64,000 bases of DNA from Octopus vulgaris (Eukaryota): assembly GCA_951406725.2 (NCBI GenBank), contig OX597822.1, positions 66,092,001-66,156,000 of the forward strand, given 5' to 3'. Shown here in pieces: positions 28,715 to 41,706 of the stretch (positions are counted from its first letter, which is position 1; the number at the start of each line of letters is the position of its first letter). The translations under genes and the position numbers were made by a program. The notes beneath the pieces were generated by a model, which made no database searches, was not told the DNA's origin, and saw nothing but the letters and a program-made list of their open reading frames with translations.

Positions 28715-29441
28715 TTACCCACCGAAAGGATGTAAGGCAAAATCGGCCCCAGCGGAATTTGAACTCAGAACGTAAAGACAGACGAAACACTGCTAAGCAT
28801 GTCGACCGGCGTGCTAACGTTTCTTATTTAGTTATTGCCTTCAAGGTGCTAAACATTGAGGGGACAAAGAAGGACAGACAAAGTGATTAAGTCGATTACA
28901 TCGACGCCAGTGCATAACTGGTACATATTTGATCGACCCCAAAATTATGAGAGGCAAAATCGACCTCGGCGGAATTTGAACTCAGAATATAACGGCAGAG
29001 GAAATACCTATTTCGTTACCACGCACAAACAGAAAGGGGACAAACAAGGACAGACAAAGGGATTAAGTCTTATATTTCGACCTCAGTGCGGAACTGGTAC
29101 TTATTCAATCGACCCCGAAAGGATGATAGGCAAAGTCGACCTCGGCGGAATTTGAACTCAGAACGTAAACGCAGACGAAACACCGCTAGGCATTTCGCCC
29201 GGCGTGCTAACGTTTCTTATTTCTTTACTGCCCACAAGGGGCTACACATAGAGGGGACAAACAAATACAGACAAACGGATTAAGTCGACCCCAGTGCGTA
29301 ACTGGCACTTATTTAATCGACCCCGAAAGGATGAAAGGAAGGGTCAACCTCGGCGGATTTTGAACTCAGAACGTAATGACAGACGAAACACCGCTAAGCA
29401 TTTCTCTCGGCGTGCTAACGTTTCTGCCAGCTCGCCGCCTT
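28715..29441 (-). mobile_element. SINE family B tandem tetramer
   Basis: Four successive GGAATTTGAACTCAGAA-type units spaced about 165-200 bp apart. Confidence 0.9.
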
Positions 29442-30012
29442 ATAACGTAATATATTCATACCCGAGGTGTTACTCTCATCAGTTCGGTAATTCCATGACG
29501 TGTATTTATTTGCATAAAACTGTACTCTACACTGGACATCTCAAATATTACGTAGCGACCGATTAGAGGCTAATTTAACCGATAGACATTTCATTGATGA
29601 TTAAATCATCAAGCGTTTGATAGAGTGGCGTATAAATATTAGAAAATTTGATATCTTAAAATTATATGAGATTTCCACGCATTGTCATAATCATTTGCCA
29701 TGCGTTGATGGAACGGTTTTATCTTATTAATTTACACATTCATCGATTATTTCTTACAGACAGGCAGACAGACACACACAAACACACACACACACACAGA
29801 CACACACACACACTCATACACACACATATATATAATATCATCGCTAATTTTAAACTATTTAGGTTATCATGAATCAGTGAGTATAAATCTGCAGAGAATT
29901 TCTTTGATTTCAAACTAATACATTTTCACAGAACAACTGTCAAAGAGGCATACTCATCATATCCATAACTCTAATTATATATCGGCTGACACCCACACAC
30001 ACATAGTCCCAT

Positions 30013-30056
<44 letters not shown>

Positions 30057-30145
30057 GCAAGTACAGAAGTGTGTAGAAATAAGTATATATATATAAGCGT
30101 TTATACGTATGCCTATGTCTGCATTTATATATATATGAGTGTGTA

Positions 30146-30184
<39 letters not shown>

Positions 30185-30247
30185 ACATATACATATAATC
30201 TCTGGCTGGCTGTTTCTGTGTGTGTCTCTCTCTCTCTCTATATATAT

Positions 30248-30314
<67 letters not shown>

Positions 30315-31227
30315 CATGCGAGATATCTAATTACATTTAAGCATATGATGTGTGCGCAAAACTAAAACGCTTTCATTAAACAAACATTATTTTTCTCTTC
30401 AAGTTATAAATATCGATATAAACATAGGTTCCATTGTAAATTTCATAACTTACTCTCTCTCTCTCTTTTACACACAAATAGAGAAATATGTTTTTATTAT
30501 TTATATATGCATTCGTTTATTTGCTTCTTATGGTTTATAATGAAACTGTGCTCATACTGAAAATGACAAGATAATTAATAATCGCGTTAATTATTTGATT
30601 TGAACATAATTTATCAAAATAAAAATCTAAACCGTGTAGAACCTAATTGGCTTCTAGTTTCTCTAATAATGATTTACGTTTGAAAATTCAGTGTTATGAG
30701 ATGTTACACTATATATGTTGGGCAGGAAAGTATGTCTTATTGCGTTTCAAGATGAAAAAGAAACAAGCACTCTGGTTTTAATTGATATATTTAATGAAGA
30801 ATGTAACACCCCCTCAATATTGATAGCACTTCATATCTATTTGGCAAATCATTGATACCTCGAGCGTAAACTTCTTCATGCTTTCAAGCAAAGAAATACT
30901 CAGTATCACTTTTAACCTCCTCGCAATTAATAAAACATTTCCCCTTCATATAATGTTGCAATGATCTGAATAGAAAATTGCTAGATTGAAGGTCTGGTGA
31001 ACAATGATTCTGAGACCAGACGTATTTTTTGGGGCCGGAATTTTTATTCTCAGCGGATTGAGCAATTTGTTGTCTTCCATTATCACGTTGATAGCAACAC
31101 TCACTTTAGTTTGGCGAATGATATGCGATTTTCCTGCAATCTTTTGTGGAATGCTTTCTATTGTCCACAATATATTCCTGCATTTACAGTGTCCTTTGGT
31201 TTATCTCCTCAGGATAGACAACAACGT

Positions 31228-31508
31228 AATGCCACTAAGCATTTTGCCGGACATGCTAACGATTCAGCTAGCTCGTCGCCTGTAAAAAAGCTATAAGTAA
31301 TCCTTTCTACTCTAAGCACATGGCTTGAAATTTAGGGGAGGGAAACTGGCCGATTACTTCGACTCCAGTGCTAAAATGGTACTTATTTCATCGAAAGGAT
31401 AAAAGGCAAAATTGACATCGGCGGAATTTGAACTCAGAACATAAGGACGAACATAATGCCGCTATGCATTTTGCGCGGCGTGCAACCGATTCAACCAGCT
31501 TGCCGCTT
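31228..31508 (-). mobile_element. SINE family B monomer plus an additional head fragment
   Basis: Family B head, core and tail-Y on the minus strand. Confidence 0.8.
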
Positions 31509-31914
31509 TCACGAAAGTGTTGAACATTGGGCTGAAAAATGTCTTCCGTGGAATATAGTCGACTGCATCTATGAGAGGTAGAGGAAATAGACCGAAAAAA
31601 ATTTAAAGGGCTGATTTGGGATGATGGTTAAAAGTAAGTTCAAAGATCACGGGCAGCCTTTGACAGGTTTCCATTCAAAGTTACATTCTTAACCCAATGT
31701 CCCAAGCACTAATTTTTATGGCCTTATCCACCTCGAGTTCCATCGATAAATTGTATTATTGACTGCATATCTCTCTGCATCTTTAAACTCTTAGTTCACA
31801 CACAGACACGCAGACACACACATACACACACATACATATACAAACATATACATACATATATACCTACATATACATACACAAACATATGTATATATATATA
31901 TATTATATATATAT

Positions 31915-32290
31915 GATAACAAAGGGTAAAATTAATTAATTAAGAAGTAATCAATAATTTCACCAAGTAGAATTCGGCATGAAAAAGGACTATTTCACGG
32001 TAAACTTCAGTAATACTTTATAATTAGGGTTCAGCAAAGATTTGCTTTACCACATACCGAAGTTTAGAAATAGCAGTCAAAAGACCTTAGCTATTACTTG
32101 TACTTTAAAAAGGGACTCCCAGAAAAACCAAAATACTTGAAAACAATCCACGCAGGCAGAGAGGAAAAAATAACGAAAATGAATCTATATCTGGTCACGC
32201 ATGTACGCGCGTTTCGGAATTAGATCGGTATAAAGAATATAGAATTATACTTTACCCAACCATTTTCTTCATCAGCTTGGGACACCAACA
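31915..32290 (-). mobile_element. Repeat family G with type I hammerhead-like motif
   Basis: Homologous to 14940-15252; minus strand reads CTGATGAAG...TTCCGAAACGCGCGTA at 32200-32279. Confidence 0.7.
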
Positions 32291-32454
32291 ATATTAAATA
32301 TTAAAAATATTAAATTCGAAGGTACTGGAAGAATTGAACATATCTCTCAACTTAACGGTATCAGACAGATCATATTCAATGTTAGTACCGCCGAATTCAA
32401 AATACGAATGAGGTTCATCACCTCCTTTTACTTGACGACACACACGGATGTGCA

Positions 32455-32570
32455 GGGGAAGTCTTTTATGTGTCGAGCCTATGCTCGAAAGAGAAAGGAA
32501 CACGAGGCAAGAAACAGAGGAAGAATAAAACGAGAGAGAAATAAAATTTGGAGCTAGCGGTCAGTTATTG

Positions 32571-32572
<2 letters not shown>
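32455..32572 (-). mobile_element. Repeat family F, degenerate copy
   Basis: Reverse complement contains CCTTTC...GAGCATAGGCTCGACACATAAAAGAC, a decayed form of the family F motif. Confidence 0.6.
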
Positions 32573-32663
<91 letters not shown>

Positions 32664-32665
<2 letters not shown>

Positions 32666-32857
32666 AATGATAGATCGTTAGCCACGGCATACATTTTTTT
32701 CTCTCCTTGTTTCTCTCCTTGTTTTTTCTGTGTCCCTTTCTGTAGAAGAGCGTATGCTCGAAACGTAAAAGACTTTTTCTATTCCTGAGCGTTATACTAA
32801 TATCTCTGTTTGTTTTGTACACCACCTGCCTTCGTCTTTTGTTTTTTCGTAAACTCT

Positions 32858-32860
<3 letters not shown>
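32664..32860 (+). mobile_element. Repeat family F (about 195 bp, microsatellite-flanked) with minimal hammerhead-like motif
   Basis: Near-identical architecture to 42584-42773; motif CTTT-CTGTAGA-A-GAGC-GTAT-GCTC-GAAAC-GTA-AAAG. Confidence 0.8.
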
Positions 32861-32915
<55 letters not shown>

Positions 32916-33209
32916 CGAACCAACAGCATTAACTGAATCCCTAAGATAACTCTTGTGTATTCAGCTTGAACGTGTCCTTGACTCACTTCTCCTTCTTAAT
33001 TGTCTTCAAAACGAAGAAGAAAAGAAAATTTAAGAGACACGTGAGCAACGGATACAGTCGAGTTGCAAACCACAGGAAGCATCACCGTCGTCTGGGTATA
33101 TGCTAGTCATGCACCACCAAAAATGAACTTTAATAGATACCATTCAGGATAGTCTCGTACAGTTGGTAAGTGACGTTACGATTTATTAAGGTATGTGTGC
33201 GGGCGTGAA

Positions 33210-33243
<34 letters not shown>

Positions 33244-33840
33244 GCATGTATCTATCTATCTGTCTCTGTCTGTCTGCCTCTCTGTCTCTCTCTGTATAAA
33301 CACACACACACACACGCACACACACATTCACACACATTTACACACACGTATATATAGGTACGTATGTATGTCTTAATGCATGAATTTGTGATTAACGAAA
33401 TCACACTGAGTGATATATGACTTTTGAGTAACATACGGTGATGCAATTCATTGTATTAAATGATTACTAGAAATGTAATGATCTTACTCATAATTAATGG
33501 ACAACCGGAATTAAAAGTGTCGATAGACTGTTAGGTTCGGATCAAACAGTTTACAATCCTCGTGTATTCATCAGTCTTCTGCTGTTCTTTAATGGTTAAC
33601 GCGTTCATCTTATGTGTATGTTATATCTCACTAATTAATGTAAGGGACATTCTATTCGTGGATTGCGTCAGCTAAATTTGCAAATTAATTCGAAAGTGTC
33701 ATTTGCAGAATGACTGATGACCTGTCTTGCCTTCGTGTCATCTAGATGTTACTGTACATGAAGAATATGTCTTCAAAAACTGAATTCACATTCCACCGTC
33801 TAATGAGAGTCTAAATCTCTAATATAAAAACTTATCAAAA

Positions 33841-34325
33841 TCTCTGAACGAGGGAAAATTTGAGCTGATGCATTTTGGAAGAAAGTCTATACTTGAACAA
33901 CCATACTCTCTTCCTTCAATGGAACCGCTCACGGCATCTAATAATATCAGAGACCTGGGTGTAATTGTTGATAACAATCTCAGTTGGAGTGCCCACATCA
34001 ACAATAATGTCGATATAGCTCGTAGAATGAGCCACTGGATCTTGAAAACTTTCTGGTCCAGAGAACAAAGTGTCACCATTACACTTTTTTCCTTTTTTGT
34101 ACAGCCACACAGCTAATACTGAAGCCCCTGGTGGTCTCCTCATACAAAACAAAACATCTCGAGGATTGAATCACCCCATAGGGCACTCACTAAACGAATT
34201 GAAGGCATGACTGATCTCGATTACTGGGACCTCTTCAAAGCCTTGAAACTTCACTCTCTCCAACGCCGCCGCGAGCGGTACATTATTTGTGCGGTGTGGA
34301 GAATATACTGCCAGCATTGCCCAAA
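33841..34325 (+). mobile_element. CR1/L2-group LINE reverse-transcriptase C-terminal fragment (pseudogenised)
   Basis: LNEGKFELMHFG...IRDLGVIVDNNLSWSAHI...WILKTF...WSPH...LDYW...LKLHSLQRRRERY with in-frame stops. Confidence 0.9.
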
Positions 34326-34327
34326 CT

Positions 34328-34383
34328 ATCTCCCTCCTCTCAAATTCCAGGCCTTGTGCCTATAGTAGAAAGTATTATTATTA

Positions 34384-34465
<82 letters not shown>

Positions 34466-34640
34466 CGACACTACTATTATTATTTAGGCGGCGAGCTGGC
34501 TGAATTGTCAAAATGCCGTATGGAATGCTTAGCATCATTTCGCCCGTCTTTATGTTCTGAATGCAAATTCCGCCGAGGTCGACTTTGCCTTTTATCCTTT
34601 CGGGGTCGATGAAATGGGTACCCAATATCGACGTTGATGC
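34328..34640 (+). mobile_element. SINE B tail-Y, (ATT)n, then a SINE B head and core
   Basis: AAATTCCAGGCCTTGTGCCTATAGTAGAAAG(TAT)n then GGCGGCGAGCTGGC...GCCGAGGTCGACTTTGCC. Confidence 0.85.
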
Positions 34641-35620
34641 TATCGTTGTTTTCTTGTTTGTGTGTTTCATTGAAGTTCAAACAGATACACGTAGCTATGC
34701 GACTCCTTCGTTTTGTGTATTATTTCTTTTACTCCTTCCTTTCTTTTTAACGTTTGCATTTGAGTAGCTTTCCACTGATGTGTGTCTGTACGATATACGA
34801 ACGCTTGCCAAGAAAACCGACCATCTGTTTATAGCGAGCCTTTTATTTAAAAGAGGTCACACGAAATTTTATTAGGCATTATGCATATTCATTTCTATGA
34901 GATAATATAAAACGTGCATATTTCAGAATTGTTCTGCTTTTTGGCATATAAACGTTTGAAGACTATATACGTCTCTCTCAAAACTTTAGTGCGCATTTTT
35001 CATGCGTCTTTACTTTAGCATATCTGTTTGGCTAGTTTAGTAGTTATGTTTTCTTACATAATGTGTACGCTTGTCAAGACAGCTGGACCATCTGTTTATA
35101 AATTATTTACAAGCATACCACGATTATATATTTTATTCAGTTTCATATCTTGTCATTGGTAACGCTTCTCACTACCATTCGTAAGAACTTAAACTCCCTT
35201 TTGTCAGTCCTCTTCAATCTTTCATAAACTTCCATTGCTAATGCAACCGTTAATTGAGGTTACACATTATAATCAGGCTTTCTACAAAAAAAGGGCCGAG
35301 GAATTCGACATCGTAATGATAATTTACTCCAGGTGAACCGAAAGGGTTGAAATTTAGTATTGAAACTGCATGGAAATAACTGTTAGCTAAAACCTTTGAT
35401 GCTAATATTACTGAGGAATATATTGTCAAAGTGAAATAAATTCGCAAGATACCGATATTTTGCCAATATTGTAGCTCCTCAATACCGAATATATATATAT
35501 ATAATATGGCCTGCTCGCTTAGCCAGCGGGGTGGCGTCATTCGAAGGCTAAAACAATGCGAACGCATTGTGACCAGCGATGTGTAACAACATCTGATGGT
35601 CTGGTCGGTCACGTGATCAT

Positions 35621-35704
<84 letters not shown>

Positions 35705-35784
35705 AGTTTATATTTATACATGAGTGTGTACGAGTATGTGCGTGTGTGTATATATCATGTACGTGTGTGTGTATGTGGTGGGGT

Positions 35785-35949
35785 CCTTTCTATTCTACAA
35801 GGTCTGGAATTTGGTACTTATTTCATCGAACTTCAATGTATGAAGAGAAAGTCTACCTCGCCAGATTCTGAACTCAGAACGTATAGATGGACGAAATTCC
35901 ACTAAACATTTCATCCGGCGTCTTAACTATTCCACCAACTTGTCGCCTT
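35785..35949 (-). mobile_element. SINE family B, degenerate
   Basis: GGTACTTATTTCATCGA...TGAACTCAGAACGTA...TCGCCTTA. Confidence 0.7.
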
Positions 35950-37164
35950 ACATGAGTGTATTTATATATTGTAAACGTGTTTCAAACTTTTCCTATACTT
36001 AACAATATTATGATTTCGAGTTTCTTTAACTGCACGTTATGTAATTCTTCTAATGATTTTTCCTTATGTTAGATAAGAACTAGAAGCTTTTTGCAAAATG
36101 TGGAGAACATACTCTTAGATCCTAATACATTGCTGTCAATCTTTGCCGTGTAGATTCTGCAAATATTTCGTTCAATGATTTTTTATATCATTTCTCCTTT
36201 CTTTCATGTCAAATGCAACAATTCTTTGTGTTTCGTAATACATAAGAAATAAAACACTTTCACGCAGAAACATATTTAATTATTTTTGCAGTTGTGAGCT
36301 AATTTGATTGAAAGTATAAAAACAAAAGTCGATCAACTTTTTACCAGGGATTTATTTTTTGGTCATACGTTTTCCTACTGACAAATAAGTATTGAAAAAG
36401 TCTAATAACAAAACATGAACATAAAAATTACAAACAGAAAACCTGTTGAAGAGAATAGCAGCTGCAAAGTGAGGACACACCAACAATACATGTAATGATG
36501 AAAAGAAATAAGAAAACGAATTGTTATGAACAAAAAGAAAAGAAACGAACCATTCTTCATGTTTATAGTAATTTTTCTTTCATTTAAATGTCTCTTTCGC
36601 GTTTGAAACAAATTCTTTCTAGTAAGATTGGTGATATACATGTAGATATATAGTTAGATATACACAGAAAGAAAAATAGTAACCGTGGATGTTTTTGCAA
36701 TGGCTTTTTGGACTACTTTTCCAGTGTAAATGTTCAGCAGTTATTGTTTATGAATGCATGTTCTAACATTAAAAAAATTTTAAAGTATGTTAATATACTT
36801 AGATCACATATGCTTACACCGCAAAATATTTTGCAATATCATACACACCCATACATCCACAAGCACGAGCTGCTTTTTACTGTTATTATACCATATTGAA
36901 TTATATAAAATAACCGTGATAAGAAAACATCGAACCAAAGAATAAAAGAAAATTGTGGCGCATTGCTGAGTGATGAAGTATATTCCTGACTTTGCATTTT
37001 TTCAAAATGTTAGTATCATAGGAAAAAGGAACATATGAATCAATGGTGCAATGTAATAAAGTACCCTTGAATAACGCCAAGTCTACGATTCACGACTGTT
37101 ACTTTTTCGAAGAAAACAATTAATTTTCTTTACTTTTTCTTTAATATAAGTACTGCTTATATAT

Positions 37165-37330
37165 AGGCGCAGGTGTTGCTGTGTGGTTAAAGGCTTGCTT
37201 CACAACCACATAGTTCTGGGTTCATTCCCACCGTGTGGCAACTTGGGAAAGGGTTTTCTTCTACATCATTGGGCCGAGCAAACCTTTGAGAGTCATTTGG
37301 TAGACGAAAACTGAAAAGAAGCCAGTCGTA
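37165..37330 (+). mobile_element. SINE family A, 5' half
   Basis: Family A head through the internal (TA)n. Confidence 0.85.
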
Positions 37331-37337
37331 TATATAA

Positions 37338-37424
<87 letters not shown>

Positions 37425-37431
<7 letters not shown>

Positions 37432-37910
37432 GAGTGTATTTTTACCTTGTTAACAATTAACACGGAAAAAAAAATAAATAGTTACCAGGGTAGCAAAAAT
37501 CTCACAAGTAAAGATGTTGTAACTCCTTGTTTATAAAGGTAGAAACTTCATGTTTACGTTGAATATTTTGAATAATATATGAATAAATAAATGGAGTTTA
37601 ACGCAGGTGTAAATCAAATATTTTTACTTTCGACACATGTTTCGAAAATTCCACTGATACTATTCAAAAGAATAAATGGTATAAACATTGCAATCTTCTC
37701 TTCGGGAAAGTGAAAAAACACGAAACTTGTCAATAAGACATTTTAGCAAAAAATGGATTTGTATAGCGATTGACAGAACGCTATTAATATTGTTTAAAAA
37801 AACGTTATATGATATAATGTCATAAGTAGCTAACAGAAAGAGTAGGGATACCAATAGTGAATGTTAAATATAAAGGAAATTAAAGTTTAAATTATATATA
37901 ATGATAGAGA
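37425..37910 (-). mobile_element. (TA)n-associated Penelope-terminal-like block with type I hammerhead motif
   Basis: HHR fold at 37626-37711 on the minus strand; block boundaries are approximate. Confidence 0.5.
37626..37711 (-). ncRNA. Type I hammerhead ribozyme-like motif (U4C)
   Basis: ACTTTC-CCGAAGA-GAAGATT...AATTTTC-GAAAC-ATGT-GTC-GAAAGT: 6-bp stem I, 7-bp stem II, GUC cleavage triplet. Confidence 0.65.
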
Positions 37911-38032
37911 CTACATATATGCACTAAATGTGTGTTTTTGCCAATGCTTACATCTGTATGCTCGCTCTATAACCGAACAGGAACATGAAACTCTGAGTAA
38001 CAGCTATTGTTATATTTCTGCTGCTTTTAAAT

Positions 38033-38514
<482 letters not shown>

Positions 38515-39296
38515 ATTATTATATATTATATAATATAATATCATATATCAAATATATATGTGTGCTGATTGTGTGTATATGCGTATAAATAATTTATATT
38601 TGTGTTAATGCATATGTGCTTCACATTGTTCTACATATCGTTTATTGTTCAGCAACCATTTCTGCTATTCATTTTGGGAATAAATACGCGAACATATTGA
38701 CATAAAGCAGAATTCTAAAGAAAAGATTAATTAGTTGGGCCATCTGGGAATGGTAGACACACGTACTAAGTTCTCAACAAAATGTCTTTAATGTCTAAAC
38801 TCACAAATATCGCCAAACATCTCGTAACCATATCGTTAACTATTTCTTTATGAATTGTAGAATTATGACGTGAAATCATTTGGGATAAAAATCAATACAA
38901 AATCAGAGAGTTATATGTATTTCCCAATACCGTATGAATGAATGTATGTGTGTCGATATGTATACATGTGTTTATGCAGAAATTTCTTGCATAACCATTG
39001 CGTGTATATTTATGCCATACATACATTCACATATACATATAAACATACATGTATGCATACATACATGTATATGTACGTACGTACGTGAATTTCTATGTGT
39101 GCATGTATATAATGTATGCATGTATGTAAGCGTCTGTGCATTTTTGTGTTTGCGATGTTATGTATGTATGCTGCTATTTCGTTGCTAGTCCAAACAAAAG
39201 ACTGAGCATTGAGCTTATGATCTCATATAAAGCCATAACTATCAGTGTTATATAACCTATTATTTTGTATAGTATCATAGTTCACACATACAAAAT

Positions 39297-39332
<36 letters not shown>

Positions 39333-40469
39333 ATATATATCGTATTCACAAACCTATGCATCTGTGTGTACGCGGTCATTTTGAATATGGTAAAATATTT
39401 GTAACTTGACCAATGAACACATGATTTCTTATGAGAGAGAAGAATGGAAATTAAGATGGACATATGTATCGACCTAGTGGTTCATTGGTAATTTGAATAT
39501 GAACGTCTGAAATATAGTAGATAATTTCGATACGAACATTATTTGAATTCAGAGCGCAAAGTACCAGACTCAAGTCCGCAAAGTAGACCATTCCGATGCA
39601 AATATATGGATATAGTAATTTAATTCTCCAGAGTCATGTATTTTCGGTGTGAATTCTCCACCCGAGTTCTTTCAGTTTACTCTTCTCCACCCTTAACCTG
39701 TTTCTCTCCATCTTCTCCCTTGCTGCTCCATGCAAGTCTTTCATAAGCATCTAACTATGCACATTCTATTCCACACAATTTTCCTGACTACGCACACGCC
39801 CTCAACGTACCAACACCACAGTGATTTCTCTCTCTTGTCATCATCCCACATTTTCTTAACTTTCTCACATGTATATCTCCCTCACTTTTTCCACCATCTT
39901 TTGACACAGCCACATTCACCATCACATTGAAATACGTCCCCACTCACACCATTTGTTGAAGCTTGCACGCCTACGTATATCCAGATACACGCACACTGAT
40001 ATCGCCATTTATTAAGCACCTACATTCGGTAACACATACACCACACACTACTGACATCCACACAAAGAAACAAACATATACACACATTTGCACTCTCATA
40101 CGTCCCATGCTTTTACTCCATTAATTCACACACACTCGCGCGCGCGTATATGTATGTACATATGAATATATACTTAAATAGATTGATAAGAAAATATGTT
40201 TAAATAAATCGACACATATTTATGCATAAGTATATGTATGTTTATATAGGAATGCTTGTTTGCATCTATGCTTGTATATATCTATGATGTATTAATATAT
40301 ATATATACCGATACACATACATATAAATATGAATTCGCATATATTCATACCTGGTTTTGCAATAAAGTCTATTTCGGACTGGGTAGGGCGAATATTTTTT
40401 TTTCCGATTTGTCTGTTTGATCAAAAGACTATCTATGATCTATTAAATATATATATATATATGTAGGAA

Positions 40470-40620
40470 TGTGTGTATGTATGTATGTATGTATGTATGT
40501 ATGTATGTATGTATGTATGTATGTATGTATGTATGTATGTATGTATGTATGTGTGTATGTATGTGTGTATGTATGTATGTATGTATGTATGTATGTATGT
40601 ATGCAAGTATGTATGTATGT
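40470..40620. repeat. (ATGT)n microsatellite
   Basis: Read directly. Confidence 0.95.
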
Positions 40621-41374
40621 GAATACTTGTAGTAAATACCGATTAAACATCTCGATTTAAGGTTTGAGTGCAAAACATTAAGTGGAAAATTTATACGTGA
40701 AAACGATGTATTTTGGAAGTCCTACTTATTTCCTTTAGATTTATTCTGAGAGAATCAATTTATGAGAACATAGTGAGCAAAAACTCTCATGTATACATAT
40801 GGCTATCACATTACTAGTGTTACTTATAACCAGATCTGCTTTCAGTTTTCTCTCACGTGTGCAGCGCCGCAGCACATCAGAAAATATATTTCGCACTATT
40901 TACATACAAGTCGCAACCCAGCATTTTTTTTCGTTCCACGGAGATATGCTTGCATGATATTCGTAATCCGCAATAAATCGAAATATTGACATTTACCATT
41001 TTCGGTCTTTCGAGGCAAGTTATCTAACCTGGTCTGAAACATTCTGTGTTCTTTAAAAATGAGCGTCGTCTAGGGAGCTTTCTCCGGGCGCCATCCGCAG
41101 CAAATGAGTGCACAAGCAAACCACATACACTATGTGTGTGCGAACACACACGCAGATATATTCAAGAACATATGCACACACACACTTATATAATATATAC
41201 ACATACGTATATATATAAAATGCAAAATGGGACAAGAACGCAAAACATCCGGACAGCTAGGTGATACAAAAAGGGACAACAAAAAACCCAGATAGACGAT
41301 ACAAAGAAAACAAAGACGGGTCATTGTTTTCTATCCTCAGACAAGCACCACATTATCCTTGCAATTTCGGACGC

Positions 41375-41410
<36 letters not shown>

Positions 41411-41655
41411 ATGTGTGTGTGTGTATGTGTGTGTATTCGCATGTATTCATACTTGGTTTTGCAATAAAGTCTATTTCGGACTGAGTAGGGTGAATATTGT
41501 TTTTTATTTTTCATTTTTTCGATTTCCCTATCAGTTGCTTCATCAAAAAACTGTTACATTTTGACGAATATATAATTAGGAAGGAGTTGTCTAAATGACT
41601 GATAAAACTAGGGTTACATTGATATTCATATCTATACAGAAAGAAGATTTTAACG

Positions 41656-41706
<51 letters not shown>

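Noticed and set aside
28715-29441. CRISPR-like regularly spaced repeats
   Set aside because: Whole units of 165-200 bp are homologous, there are no unique spacers or cas genes, and the context is eukaryotic.
33520-33580. Minus-strand CTGATGA...GGAT/ATCC-GAAC...GTC hammerhead-like pattern
   Set aside because: It needs an 8-nt insertion in the core, has GAAC instead of GAAA, and stem I is poor.
41340-41375. Minus-strand CCGAAATTGCAAGG half-hammerhead
   Set aside because: The core 5' half is missing and there is no U at position 16.1.
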